Origin: Octopus vulgaris
Lineage: Eukaryota
DNA: 64,000 nt
Direction: 5' to 3'
Assembly (NCBI GenBank): GCA_951406725.2
Contig: OX597822.1
Span: 113,708,001-113,772,000, forward strand
Below, in pieces: positions 50,091 through 64,000 of the stretch. The notes beneath the pieces were generated by a model, which saw only the letters and a list, made by a program, of their open reading frames with translations, had not been told where the DNA came from and made no database searches. The position numbers were made by a program, and so were the translations under genes. Positions within the stretch are counted from its first letter, which is position 1. Each line of letters opens with the position of its first letter.

Positions 50091-50730
50091 ATGAATGAGT
50101 GGAAGTAGTGAGGTGTTGTATGACTTGAAGTTGGCACGTTATGGGTTATAGCTGTGATTGGGTCTGATTTGTAATGGATTCTTTGGAATGTAATATTTGC
50201 GTGTGTATTTGTGTTATTCTAAAGTCGAGGTGTATATATCGTTTGTCGTTGACCCGTTAAGAAGTGGCCTGTATTTTGTAATAAAGAGAGTTTCTTTACT
50301 TATTCGTTGTCTCGAGGTTGTAACGTCCCTGAATTGGTAGAGGGGGAAAATCCTGAAGCTTGGTGTTTTGTTGTTGGCGCAAGTATCTATGTGTTGGCTG
50401 AATGCTATTTTTCTGTTTTGGGGAATTTTTATCTGGGATCTGTGCAGGGCCATTCTTTTACGCAAACTATTTATATATAAGCATGAATATGTGTGCGCAT
50501 ATATATATATATAATTCAAAAACACGTGTAGTAAATAAACATATGAAAATATACTAAATACACAGACGCACATCGATAATGGCCGAAGTTGCGCGTTGCC
50601 CCTCTGGCCGATAACTGAAGAGGACTTGGTGACCTTCTGTATTTTCTGTTCGTCTGGGTATTTAGTATATATTCGCATGTTTATTTACTACACGTGGTTT
50701 TGAATTATATATATGTATATATATGCATAT

Positions 50731-51030
50731 GTGGAGGCGCAATGGCCCAATGATTAGGGCAGCGGACTCGCGGTTGTTGGATCGCGGTTTCGATTCCCAG
50801 ACTGGGCGTTGTGAGTGTTTATTGAGCGAAAACACCTAAAAGCTCCACGAGGCTCCGGCAGGGGGGGAGCGATCCCTGCTGTACTCATCGCCACAACTTT
50901 CTCTCGCTCTTTCTTCTGTTGGCCTGCTCGCTTAGCCAGCGGGGTGGCGTCACTTGAAGGCTAAAACAATGCAAAGCGCATTGTGACCAGCGATGTGTAG
51001 CAACATCTGGTAGCCTGGTCGGTCACGGTG
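50731..51030 (+). mobile_element. SINE with family B head and an alternative tail
   Basis: gtggaggcgcaatggccca...gtttcgattcccag...; flanked by atatatatgcatatg duplication. Confidence 0.8.
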
Positions 51031-51094
51031 ATATATATGCATATGCGGGTACAAGACGTCACGAAACGTGTACAACAAAAATACGAGTACATGG

Positions 51095-51175
51095 AACATG
51101 AACTATTTTTCGAGCAAGAGATACAAATAGAAAACAAGACAAACAACACAAAAAAACCACCCTTCATCAGTTGTT
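51095..51175 (-). ncRNA. Degenerate hammerhead motif
   Basis: Minus strand: AACAA-CTGATGA-A-GGGT...GCTC-GAAA-A-ATAG-TTC-ATGTT. Confidence 0.45.
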
Positions 51176-51600
51176 GGCTGTTTTTTCCACTCTCGTATTT
51201 CGAGCATTTAACAACAAGATACGCTTTCGATAAAAACAATTGCTTCCGCAAAGCAAATTAAATAGAATTTGGCATTTTACGGAAGATCAAAATTGGTAAC
51301 ACAAACAGGACAGTGAAAACAATCAGGAAGGGCTGGTAAGCCTAAACGAGGTTGTGGTGGTGAACGCGTAAATCAAGCTTGGACAGGCGACAGACAAGAA
51401 CACGTCTTCCTTGATCCAGCTACAACGGAGAGAAAGAAACACAAATTAGGAGAAGAAAGATGGCCGATGGTCACGTGAGAGCCACGCGAGCAACGAAGGA
51501 AGAGTGCGGGAGAGAGAGTGAAAGACAGAGAACTGTGAAGGGGAGAGGAAAAATTTGGAGATAGGATATATATATGTGTGTGTGTGTGTGAGTGTGTGTA

Positions 51601-51682
<82 letters not shown>

Positions 51683-51781
51683 GAGACAGACAGACAGACA
51701 TTCACAAAAAATAAAAGACGAAGATAGGTGGTGTAGACATCAAACAGATGTATTAGTTTAACGCTCGGGAAGTGAAAAAGT

Positions 51782-51817
51782 CTTTAACATTTCGAGCCTA
51801 CGCTCTTCCACAGAAAG
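51782..51817 (-). ncRNA. Minimal hammerhead-like motif with CUGUGGA core variant
   Basis: Minus strand: CTTT-CTGTGGA-A-GAGC-GTAG-GCTC-GAAA-T-GTT-AAAG. Confidence 0.5.
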
Positions 51818-51894
51818 GAATACAGAAAGAAACAAGGAGAGAAAATAAAGAATGTGTAGTGGCTAGCGATCTATCATATACATATACACATACG

Positions 51895-51931
<37 letters not shown>

Positions 51932-53577
51932 ATATGTGTGTGTGTGTATATGCATATGTGTTAATATATACACATACAGGTATGTCATTTCTGTTTGTTG
52001 TCTTTTTATTTAATCCTGAAAATATTTATGTAACGCAAGCACTCATTTTTTGCCTGTATGTAGATATGTATGTGTGTGCGTGTATGTATGTATATTATAT
52101 ATATATTTTTTTTTTTGTACTTGTTTCAGTCATTTGACTGCGGCCATGCTGGAGCACCGCCTTTAGAGTGGTGAAAGAGTACAGCAGGGATCACCACCAC
52201 CATCCCTGCCGGAGCCTCGTGGAGCTTTTAGGTGTTTTCGCTCAATAAACACACACAACGCCCGGTCTGGGAATCGAAACCGCGATCCTCCGACCGCAAG
52301 TCCGCTGCCCTAACCACTAGGCCATTGCGCCTCCACATATATATGCATATCATATACATATATGTATTCAAATTTATATATTTTACACATGTATATATTA
52401 TATCTATTAGACATGTGTGTGTGTGTGCGTGTGTGTGTGTGTGTGTGAGTGTGTGTGTGCGTATGTGTCCGTTGTTGGTTAACGATCGGAAAAAGTACTC
52501 AATACACACGTCGTGCGATAGAATTTTGTAGTACTTGTTACATTTTAGTGACCTCAAATCTTCATAAGATTGCTCCTCTAGATTTTTTATCTTAAATATC
52601 TCTAGGTTGGTGGTATATAGAGTAAAAGCGTGAGTGACTGGAGATTTCCCGGGAATGCCGGATTGAGAGAAGTGTTTAATGCAGTTTCTGGGATGAGAGG
52701 CAGAAAAAGCTTGAAGGGAGGAACAGATGTGTTGATTGTATTTACAATATATTTACTGTAAACGTGTGAATTCAATCTTTATATAACTTGTATGTTTAGG
52801 ACGGATTAAAACAGACAAGACATCAATTTAGTCCGTCTACAACAACGAAATGTTACATAATTCACAATTATACAACGCTTACTTTAAATCATTATTTATT
52901 GTTATTTTTAATGTCTTCCATTCTTATTATTTTAGGGAAGTTGGCTTTTCACAAAGTTCCACTTGATGGAATGCCTTTTGTCTTTTGTTTTGTTTTTGCA
53001 ATAATGGATAATTTCAATGGAAATAATTGCTCCCACACAGTTCTTAGGAGAATAATTATTTCGAATAGCTTTGTTTTTGTTTTGGAATATCTTTGCATTT
53101 AGTTTGATGTAATGTGTGAGTGAACATTAATAATTACCGTTTTATTACTCTGTCTTTGATGTGAAATCTTAGAGACGTTTCTTTATGTTAATGATGTATA
53201 AACAGTTTGTTAAATGTATGGCGTGGTGCTTATGTGTGTAGATATATATATACATATATATATAGTCATACTACGTTAATGATATATAAACAGTTTGTTA
53301 AATTGTATAGCGTTTTACACACACACACACATATACATACATATATATATATATGTATGTATATATATATATATGTATGTATATATAAACATAAAGTCAG
53401 AATACATATCCACTCATAATCTTAATCGCAGAATCTGTTGTGTTTCTAACAAAAATAATTAGTTTCAATTAAACAAAACATGGAAGACAGCTAATACAAG
53501 TTCCATATTCAGTAAACATTTATCGCTTCAGGAAGAGGAGCAGCAATTCCAGGAAGAGTTTGACATAGTGTGTGTGT

Positions 53578-53659
<82 letters not shown>

Positions 53660-53959
53660 TCATATGAACCAGTCTGAGACGGAAAAGAGCAACAAACACG
53701 TTAATAGAATCCGGACCATGTATTTTTCTTAATCATCTTCGAGAACCCTCTTCGCAAACCACCAAACATCACGTTGGTTTCACTGGAAACATTCTCACAA
53801 TGATAAAAGAAAAAAAATTAAGATGAAGTAGTATGAGCGTGTGACTATATCAAATGGTCTTCGGGGAAGTATAGAGGAGAAATGGACGGAAGAAAAGACA
53901 AACAGACAGCATCAAGGAATGGAAAAACAAATCTCTAGAAAAAAACCTTAAGCTCTGGT

Positions 53960-54195
53960 ATACCTATTTCTTTATTACCCACAAGGGGCTAAACACAGAG
54001 GGGACAAACAAGGACAGACAAACGGATTAAGTCGATTACATCGACCCCAGTGCATAACTGGTACTTAATTTATCGACCCCGAAAGGATGAAAGGCAAAGT
54101 CGACCTTGGCAGAATTTGAACTCAGAACGTAACGGCAGACGAAATACTACTAAGCATTTCGCCCGGCGTGCTAACGTTTCTGCCAGCTCACCGCC
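53960..54195 (-). mobile_element. SINE family A
   Basis: Family A head and core; flanking gtatacc duplication. Confidence 0.85.
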
Positions 54196-54882
54196 TTTGT
54201 ATACCGTTGTAACAGATCGAAAAGACAGGTGCACAGCATATCTCAATGCCCCAACTTCAGTTCCATCAGGAGTCGAGGACTCAAAATCTCTCGGTTGCTA
54301 TAAGATCACAAATGATCGTCAGATCCACCCTTTCCCACTTTCTCAATTTAGTTCTATCTTTTTATTGCTATTTTTGACTGTGCTATTTTATTTCCGTTAT
54401 GATCTATTGGTCAGTTACTTAATGTCAGCATGTTAATTTATAACTACGTATATAAATATTATCCACGTCGATATCCAACACAGCGAGGTAGTCCACACCA
54501 TTTCTCTGATTGTAAATAAAACCATGAATGAATTAACTGGGAAGATTTCCAATGCAAAAATGACATTGAACATTATAAATATCAATTTACCTTCTTTTGG
54601 TCATAGGTCTACAGAATCATGGCTAAAGAATAAACAAGAGCCACGAATACTATTTCTGTTTGACATGCATATTACTCTCATCTTAAATCTCTAATTCATT
54701 TTTCTGTCTCGTAAAGCCCCCGGGTAACAAAAATAATTCGAAAATGCTTGTAAACGAACCCGTTTTAATTAAACAGAGTGGCGTAGAAGAAATACCATGA
54801 CTAAATCAAGAATTTTCAGATTATTTGACTGAATTGTTTTCTGATATATTTTTCCTATTGTTCCAGTGGTTATTAGTACACT

Positions 54883-55113
54883 GGCGGCGAGCTGGCAGAA
54901 ACGTTAGCGCGTCATGCGAAATGCTTGGCGGTATTTCGTCTGTCGCAACGTTCTGAGTTCAAATTCCGCCAAGGTCGACTTTGCCTTTCATCCTTTCGGG
55001 GTTGATAAATTAAGTACCAGTTACGCACTGGGGTCGATGTAATCGACTTAATACCTATGTCTGTCCTTGTTTGTCCCCTCTATGTTTAGCCCCTTGTGGG
55101 TAATAAAGAAATA
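54883..55113 (+). mobile_element. SINE family A
   Basis: TSD ggttattagtacactgg on both sides. Confidence 0.85.
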
Positions 55114-55718
55114 GGTTATTAGTACACTGGGTATAACACCCATACTACCACATAAGAGATTGAAGATTATTGAAATTCATACTCGCATGTGGGGGAGTGT
55201 TGGTATAGCCAGGTACTATAGCAGAAAACTCCTCATGTGTCGCATAGTATAACTGAACGCGGAACCATGTGGTCCTCATACAAAACTTATTTCCACACAG
55301 GTATGACTATATACGATGCATGCGCACGTGTGTGTGTGTGTGTACATATGTATTAAAGTATACACACACTCACACACATGCACACAACCACACACACACA
55401 CACAAGCTTACAAGCTCACACATATCACACACACGAATATATACACATATATACATACACACATACATTCAATACATTCTTTCTTATTCTAAGCACAAGG
55501 CCCGAAATTTTAGGGGAAAGGGTCAGTCGATTAGATCTACCCCAGTGCGAAACTGGTGCTTTATTTATTGACCCCGAAAGGATGAAAGGCAAAGTCGACC
55601 TCGGCGGAATTTGAACTCAAGATACATTCATTATATTATGGATTCGTTCGTTTTGCGACCGTTTTCCGGTACTAGCACATGTAGATAAATTAATATATAT
55701 ATATATAGAGAGAGAGAG

Positions 55719-55770
<52 letters not shown>

Positions 55771-55870
55771 GGACGGACAGACAGACAGACAGAGAGGGCA
55801 TATATATGTGTGTGAGTATATACATATATATATACATGAGTGTATCCGTGTGTGTGTATGTATATACGTG

Positions 55871-55918
<48 letters not shown>

Positions 55919-56089
55919 GAGGGAGAGAGAGGCGCAGGCGTGGCTGAGTGGTAAGAAGCTTACTTACCAACAACATGGTTCCGTGTTCAGTCCCACTGCG
56001 TGGCACCTTGGCAAGTGTCTTCTACTATAGCTGCGGGCCGACCAATGCCTTGTGAGTGCATTTGGTAGACGGAAACTAAAAGAAGCCCG

Positions 56090-56134
<45 letters not shown>

Positions 56135-56471
56135 GTCTTTATCCCCCACCATCACTTGACAACCAATGTTGGTGTGTTTATGTCCCTGTAACATAGCGAT
56201 TCGGCAAAAGGCACCGATAGAATAAGTACTGGGCTTGCAAAGAATAAGTCCTGGGGTCGATTTGCTCGACTAAAGACGGTGCTCCAGCATGGCCGCAGTC
56301 AAATGACTGAAACAAATAAAAGAACATACAAACATAACTGAAAGACTCCGATATCCAGTGTCCAGGAAATCTTGATAACGGGAATTATCTACATACATAG
56401 ATTGAGAGATTGAGATTTATGTGTGTGTGTGTGTGTATGTGAGTTTGAGTGCGTGCATGTTTGCGTATGCG

Positions 56472-56504
<33 letters not shown>

Positions 56505-56571
56505 TATGTATGCATGTTATGCAAATGAATAAATGAATTTAAATATATATAAATATATATTTATATATATA

Positions 56572-56695
<124 letters not shown>

Positions 56696-56975
56696 AATAT
56701 ATATATATATACACACACACACGTATATATATATATATTCATTTATTTATTTATTTATATATATATGCAAAATGAAGGTGTATATGAGTTTAAATATATG
56801 TGTATATATGCATATATGAATATATTTACGTATATAGACGGCAGTAAACACAGATGAAGGGAGCCACACCCAACTCCCTCATTCACCAAATGTCAGCATA
56901 TCAGAGGGGGTTTCAAATAATGATGGTCTCGAACAACCAACCGTGGTGCCCCAGCATGACCACAGCTTTAAAGAG

Positions 56976-57011
<36 letters not shown>

Positions 57012-57017
<6 letters not shown>

Positions 57018-57233
57018 GACTAAAGCCATCTGAATATGGCTAGGGACAGGGCAGGGTGGTGGGGGTGTTACTGTTGCATTAGCCCCAGGCGAACATCGAT
57101 CACAGAAGGCTCGACACCGTCACGGTGCCCTAGGGTAAGGGCACCGTGACGGTGTCATTATCGATGTATGCAACAGTATACCCACCACCCTGCCCTGTCC
57201 CTAGCCATATATCAGATGGCTTTAGTCCCTTAT
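57012..57233. repeat. GC-rich fold-back hairpin inserted in (TA)n
   Basis: Inverted arms close on gacaccgtcacggtgccct / agggcaccgtgacggtgtc with a 6-nt loop at 57132-57137. Confidence 0.85.
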
Positions 57234-57275
57234 GTTATCGAGCAGTTACTGTCTATATCCCTTTTAGAGAATTAT

Positions 57276-57339
<64 letters not shown>

Positions 57340-57340
57340 A

Positions 57341-57380
<40 letters not shown>

Positions 57381-57513
57381 TATAATCACATATATATACA
57401 TATATATATATACACACACACCTATATATGTACCTATATATGTATGTGTATTGTGTATATATATGCATACAGACATGCATATATGTACATATACATACTA
57501 TATATATATATAC

Positions 57514-57558
<45 letters not shown>

Positions 57559-57901
57559 TTTATGTATGTATATATGTATATATATATATATATGCATATA
57601 CGCATGCATATATAAGTATATATACATACTATATAGGCAAACATATATATATACATTAATGTATAAACACACACGCACATACATTATTTACCAAACATAT
57701 TTCCTACTTTGTTTTCCGTTTTACTGTTTATCATAATTATACTACATATGTACGGATGTGTGTATATATATATATAAATATATATGAATAAAAAATGGAG
57801 TTAACGCAGGTGTAATCAAATATTTTTTCCGTGTTAATTGTTAACAAGGTAAAAATACACTCACCTATATATAAATATATATATATATTTATATATATAT
57901 A

Positions 57902-57954
<53 letters not shown>

Positions 57955-58571
57955 TATATTTATATATTTATATATTTATATTTATATTTATATATATATA
58001 TATATAAATATATATATATATGTATGTATATATATATATATACATGTGTATGTGCGTGTGTATGCGTGTGTGTATGTGTGTGTGTGTAAGCATGTACCCT
58101 CGTGTATATAGATATACACATATAAATATAAATATATAGATAAATAGGGAGATAGAGATAGACACGCATACACACATATATATACATATAAGCGTCTGTA
58201 CACACACATACACACACACACATGTCTGTATGTATCCATAGCATATCTTGTACGAATGTGAAGCTATGTTGCCTAGTGGTTAGTGTGTGCATTTGTTTCC
58301 ATGTCCTGGGGTAGCTACCTTCACAGATCGAATATCTTTCACGTTACCGCAATCAACTCACCTGTAATTGAGCAGCAATCGAATTCTTCCCCAGCCCTCC
58401 CTCCCATCCGGCTCATCCTGGACATTCTTCTGGGCCGACAGTGAAAGGACAAAGTATGCATGCATGCACATCACTACACGGGTACCCAAAACAATTTTAA
58501 AAAAGTATGGTGCATAATCTCAATTTGTACTCGTTTGAGAAGGACAGTAGTTATTTATAAAAGTATATATA

Positions 58572-58774
58572 TATATTATATTAAATTAGAGATAAAACCA
58601 CTATTAGGCAAATCATACAATGAAAAAATATAATTAATTAATATTAATTATATTTTTTTAATAATTTTGTTATATATTTAAATAATATAAATTAAATAAT
58701 CTTATGTATTGGCTTAAGTTTTTCATTGTATGATTTGCCTAATAGTGGTTTTATCTCTAATTTAATATAATATA
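58572..58774. repeat. AT-rich fold-back insertion in (TA)n; the same terminus occurs at about 15797-15835
   Basis: tatattaaattagagataaaaccactattaggcaaatc occurs inverted at 58572-58627 and 58719-58774. Confidence 0.75.
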
Positions 58775-58850
58775 ATATTTTACTATAAAATTGGATTCAA
58801 TCCTAAATCTGATTTTTCCCTGTAAGTTTGGATTTATTCCCTAATATTTC

Positions 58851-58889
<39 letters not shown>

Positions 58890-59157
58890 ATCTATAAGCA
58901 TTCCATGCATGCATATAAATATAAATATCTATATGCATTACATGCATATATATACTTATTAAATATATATTTATATCTATATACGTATATGAATATATAT
59001 GTATGTATGTCTGTATGTATGCATGCATGCATGAATGAATGCGTATACATAAAAATATTTATATTTATATATACAATATACATATTCGTACAACACATAT
59101 ACACTCGTATACATATATATGTGTGTGTGTGTGTGTGTGTAAATATATATTTAGAAG

Positions 59158-59587
<430 letters not shown>

Positions 59588-59676
59588 GTTGCTACATAAA
59601 TACATACATGCATATTTTAATATATATGTAATAAAAACATACAGCATATAGTATCGACATATTTGTGTACGCCAAT

Positions 59677-59709
<33 letters not shown>

Positions 59710-59979
59710 ACATGCATACATACATGCATACATTCATGCATACATACATATATATATATATCTTTTACTCTTTTATATGTTTCAGTTATTTGACTGTAGC
59801 CATGCTGGAGCACCGCCTGCACCGCCTTTAGTCGAAGAAATCGACTCCCAGGACTTATCCTTTGTAAGGCCAGTACTTATTCTATCGGTATTTTTCGGCG
59901 AACCGATAATTTTTCGGGAACATAAACATACCAACATCGATTGTCAAGCGATGGTTGAGGGACAAATAGAGGCACAAAG

Positions 59980-60037
<58 letters not shown>

Positions 60038-60458
60038 GACGGTCTTCTTTCAGTTTCCGTCTACCAAATCCAATCACAAGGCTTTAGTAGACCCAAGGCT
60101 GTAGAAGACACTTGCCCAGGGTGCCACACAGTGGGACTGAACCCGGAAATATATGGTTTGGAGGCAAGCTTACCACAGGTCCGCCTGCGCCTATACCATA
60201 GAAATATATTAGTAGATATATACATACATACATATAATTAGATAGATACATACATACATACATACACCATATACATGTATAAACACACACACATATATCT
60301 ATGACTCACTGTAAATGATGGATAGGTAGATAGATGCATATATGTATGTCTATATATATCTAGTTATATATTATATATATAACATGTACGTGTATATATA
60401 TATATATATATATATACATACATACATACATACATACATACATACATACATACATACA

Positions 60459-60491
<33 letters not shown>

Positions 60492-60526
60492 GTATATATA
60501 TATATAGATATATGTGTGTGTGTACA

Positions 60527-60640
<114 letters not shown>

Positions 60641-60707
60641 CATACATAAATATATATATATATATATATATACATACATATATATATATATATTTATATA
60701 TATGTAT

Positions 60708-60768
<61 letters not shown>

Positions 60769-60872
60769 CATATATTTATGTATGTATATATATATGTATA
60801 CATTATATATATATAGTTGCGAATGCATAAATATAAGACAATGTAAACGAAGACGTATACAGACCTATATAG

Positions 60873-60953
<81 letters not shown>

Positions 60954-61188
60954 TACACACCTATACATAATATAGACACACACACACATGCATATATCCT
61001 GTTACTCGCATCAATGACTCTCGTGACCATTGTCTGTTAATGAGCTGCAGAAGCAAAGACGCGTTTTTAGTCCCAGTTGTCAATGTAAAGTGTTTCCCCA
61101 CAACTTATTATTATTACATAAATGTATGATGCAATGCGGAACGATGACAATTGCAATGGTATGCAGACATGTGTCTGTCAGACCACCA

Positions 61189-61249
<61 letters not shown>

Positions 61250-61317
61250 GAGAGAGAGACAGGGACCTCATTTCTAACATCATTGGCAGATATATATATA
61301 TTTATATATGTTCCTTA

Positions 61318-61918
61318 AGGCGGTGAGCTGGCAGAAGCGTTAGCACGCCGGGCAAAATGCTTAGCAGCATTTCGTCTGCCGCTACGTTCTGAGTTCAAAT
61401 TCCGCCGAGGTCGACTTTGCCTTTCATCCTTTCGGGGTCGATAAATTAAGTATCAGTTATGCACTGGGGTCGATGTAATCGGCTTGATCCCTTTGTCTGT
61501 CCTTGTTTGTCCCCTCTATGTTTAGCCCCTTGTGGGTAGTAAAGAAATAGGTATTTCGTCTGACGTTACGTTCTGAGTTCAAATTCCGCCAAGGTCGACT
61601 TTGCCTTTCATCCTTTCGGGGTAGATAAATTAAGTATCAGTTATGCACTGGGGTCGATGTAATCGGCTTAATCCCTTTGTTTGTCCTTGTTTGTCCCGTC
61701 TGTGTTTAGCCCCTTGTGGGTAGTAAAGAAATAGGTATTTCGTCTGACGTTACGTTCTGAGTTCAAATTCCGCCAAGGTCGACTTTGCCTTTCATCCTTT
61801 CGGGGTAGATAAATTAAGTATCAGTTACGCAATGAGGTCGATGTAATCGGCTTAATCCCTTGGTCTGTCCTTGTTTGTCCCCTCTCTGTGTTTAGCCCCT
61901 TATGGGTAGTAAAGAAAC
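61318..61918 (+). mobile_element. SINE family A concatemer: head plus three units
   Basis: Junctions aaagaaataggtatttcgtc at about 61541-61560 and 61726-61744; the units share private variants (aagtatcag, aatcggctt). Confidence 0.85.
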
Positions 61919-62917
61919 AATATATATATGTTCCTGCTGGTTGCTGTAATCTTTTATCAACGCGCTTTGTTTCGTGTAATCTTGATAGGCTGACGAAACT
62001 AACTTTATATAAACCCGGTTCTAAGTCGAACTTTATTAATATCAATAGTTTTTCTTTTTCTTTTTAGTCTTCTTTCACTCCCGCCTGATTAATACGATTC
62101 TCTGTAATATGCTCTGACATATTTTCTGTTATTCCTTTTTTTTTTCTTTTACTGATTTCAGTCACATGACTGCGGCCATGCTGGAGCACTGCCCTTAAGA
62201 TTTAGTCGATCGTGACGCATCCAGCAATTATTTTTTTAAAGTTTACTCATTTTATCTTGCTTTCTGCCCGACTATTATGTTAGGGAGCATCGTGGAGTGG
62301 CTGTGTGGTAAGTAACTTGCTTACCAACCACATAGTTCCGAGTTCAGTCCCACTGCATAGCACCTTGGGCAAGTGTCTTCTACTATAGCCTCGGGACAAC
62401 CAAAGGCTTGTGAGTGGATTTGGTAGACGGAAACTGAAGGAAGCCCGTCGTATATATGTGTATATATATGTGTGTATGTGTGCGTGTATATGTTTGTGTG
62501 TCTGTGTTTGTCCCCCCAACATCGCTTGACAACCGACGCTGCTGTGTTTACGTCCCCGTAACATAGCGTTTCGGCAAAAGAGACCAATAGAATAAGTACT
62601 AGGCTTACAAAGAATAAGTTTTGGGGTCGATTTGCTCGACTAAAGGCGGTGCTCCATCATGGCCACAGTCAAATGAATGAAACAAGTAAAAGAGTAAAAG
62701 AGAGAACAGAAATACGCACACGCACACATACATATATACGTCAGGCTTCAATACAATTTCCGTCTACCATACTTAACTTCGCTCATATGTCATAAAAGGG
62801 ACTCTTTTATGGCTATAAAAGGAGAAGATAGTTCTCCATGGACTATAAAGGTTGGCAACTTCAGTCTACTGCATTATAAGACAGCTTTTGTGATTGCATT
62901 TGCTAACCTGAATAATC

Positions 62918-63000
<83 letters not shown>

Positions 63001-63099
63001 GATATTTCGGTGTCATTTTTTAAAATATCGTTAAGACTATCGTAAAGAATGTAATTTTCTAAAAGATATCCATGATACCCGGTTCCTTTTTAGAATTTT

Positions 63100-63990
63100 T
63101 TCAATATTTGCGACTTTGTTTTACATATTGCCAGGACATTTGAAGGAAGATACCTTTTTCAAAGTCTTACCATGTACCATTATCTTAGAATCCACACGAG
63201 GCTTTCCAGAGCAGTGCTACAGTTTTACCAATATTTATTGAGGATAAAATATTACATTCCAATGAAGTGTTATCTCTGGGAGTTTAAAGATCATTTTCAC
63301 GATTATGTTACAACATCGAAGACAGCATCGAAGACACCATCATACAAAAGGCCTCTTACCACAAATATTAAATCACTTTAGTCTCTTATCCCAAATACAA
63401 AAGCATTTAGAATAAAACCGTTTGATATTGAATAATTAACTAGTTGTGCGACGGCGCATATAGGTATCCTGGGAGCAAACTCTTTAAAACGATTTTAAAA
63501 GCTGATTGAAAAGTGTATAGTAAACAAAGCAGGAACTGTATATCAGACTCTTTTTTCTTTCTGCTGATCTTAATTGAAACAGATTTTGGACATTTTCCAC
63601 CAATTACAACGCATGCTCTTATCACACATTTTATCACAGGCGTGATGTGTAAATTTATCAAAACAGCAAAATTTTCTATGAATTATTTGTAATGCGTCGT
63701 GATTCACTGAATCAAAGGCCTTAGGGAAGTCGATAAAGCAATGACAGGGGTTAAGTCTCGGCTCAAAACATTCCTTTTGTGGTTGACGAACTGAAAATAT
63801 GTCAATGAGTTCTCGTTCCGCGCAAAATGCTGTGTCTCGGATAAAGTGTCAATGCTTGTGTTGAAACATCGCCATTTCTTTACGAACATTTGCCAAATTT
63901 TGTAATCCATTATAATACATGACCAAAAAATATTTTTCCGGGGTTCCCTTGAGGTAAAATAGGGATGGTTCAAGACAAGAGACACAGAGG
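63100..63990 (-). mobile_element. Decayed RTE-like LINE reverse-transcriptase fragment
   Basis: Minus frame DIFSVRQPQKECFEPRLNPCHCFIDFPKAFDSVNHDAL matches the IF..RQLQEK..E......FID..KAFD.V motif; many stops. Confidence 0.7.
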
Positions 63991-64000
63991 GACAAGAAAT

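Larger units (their letters stand above)
49606..50470 (-). mobile_element. 5'-truncated Penelope-like element: GIY-YIG endonuclease C-terminus, 3' UTR and terminal HHR
   Basis: SLRKRMALHRSQIKIPQNRKIAFSQHIDTCA...FRIFPLYQF...RQRISKETLFITKYRPLLN (R..HR, R...E..FI....P.LN of PLE GIY-YIG); direct repeat gcatgaatatgtgtgcgcatatatat at 49536 and 50481 flanks it; its 3' end abuts (TA)n. Confidence 0.75.

Noticed and set aside
49723-50137. Poly-K/M and poly-H/L ORFs
   Set aside because: Translation of the (GAA)n/(GAT)n tract inside a Penelope 3' UTR.

Overview
AT-rich eukaryotic non-coding DNA, intronic or intergenic, densely filled with (TA)n, (CA)n, (TATG)n and (TAGA)n microsatellites and interspersed repeats. 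The repeat landscape suggests an octopod cephalopod (Octopus-like); this is an inference and was not checked against a database. No host protein-coding exon could be established, and most ORFs in the track are microsatellite or SINE artefacts. Recognisable content: three tRNA-headed SINE families (many with TSDs, one forming ~184-bp concatemers); decayed LINEs (R4/Dong-like, L1/Tx1-like, RTE-like); mariner and Tigger/pogo fossils and MITEs; a Helitron PIF1-helicase fossil; and a Penelope-like GIY-YIG fragment. The main unexpected signal is about 15 type I hammerhead-ribozyme (HHR) folds in 64 kb. Most sit in short, often fold-back, insertions at (TA)n or (TTA)n tracts, and all have tiny, usually palindromic stem III. 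They include U3-A8 covariant cores, a recurrent CUGUNGA core and very large loop-2 insertions. All folds were made by eye and activity is untested.
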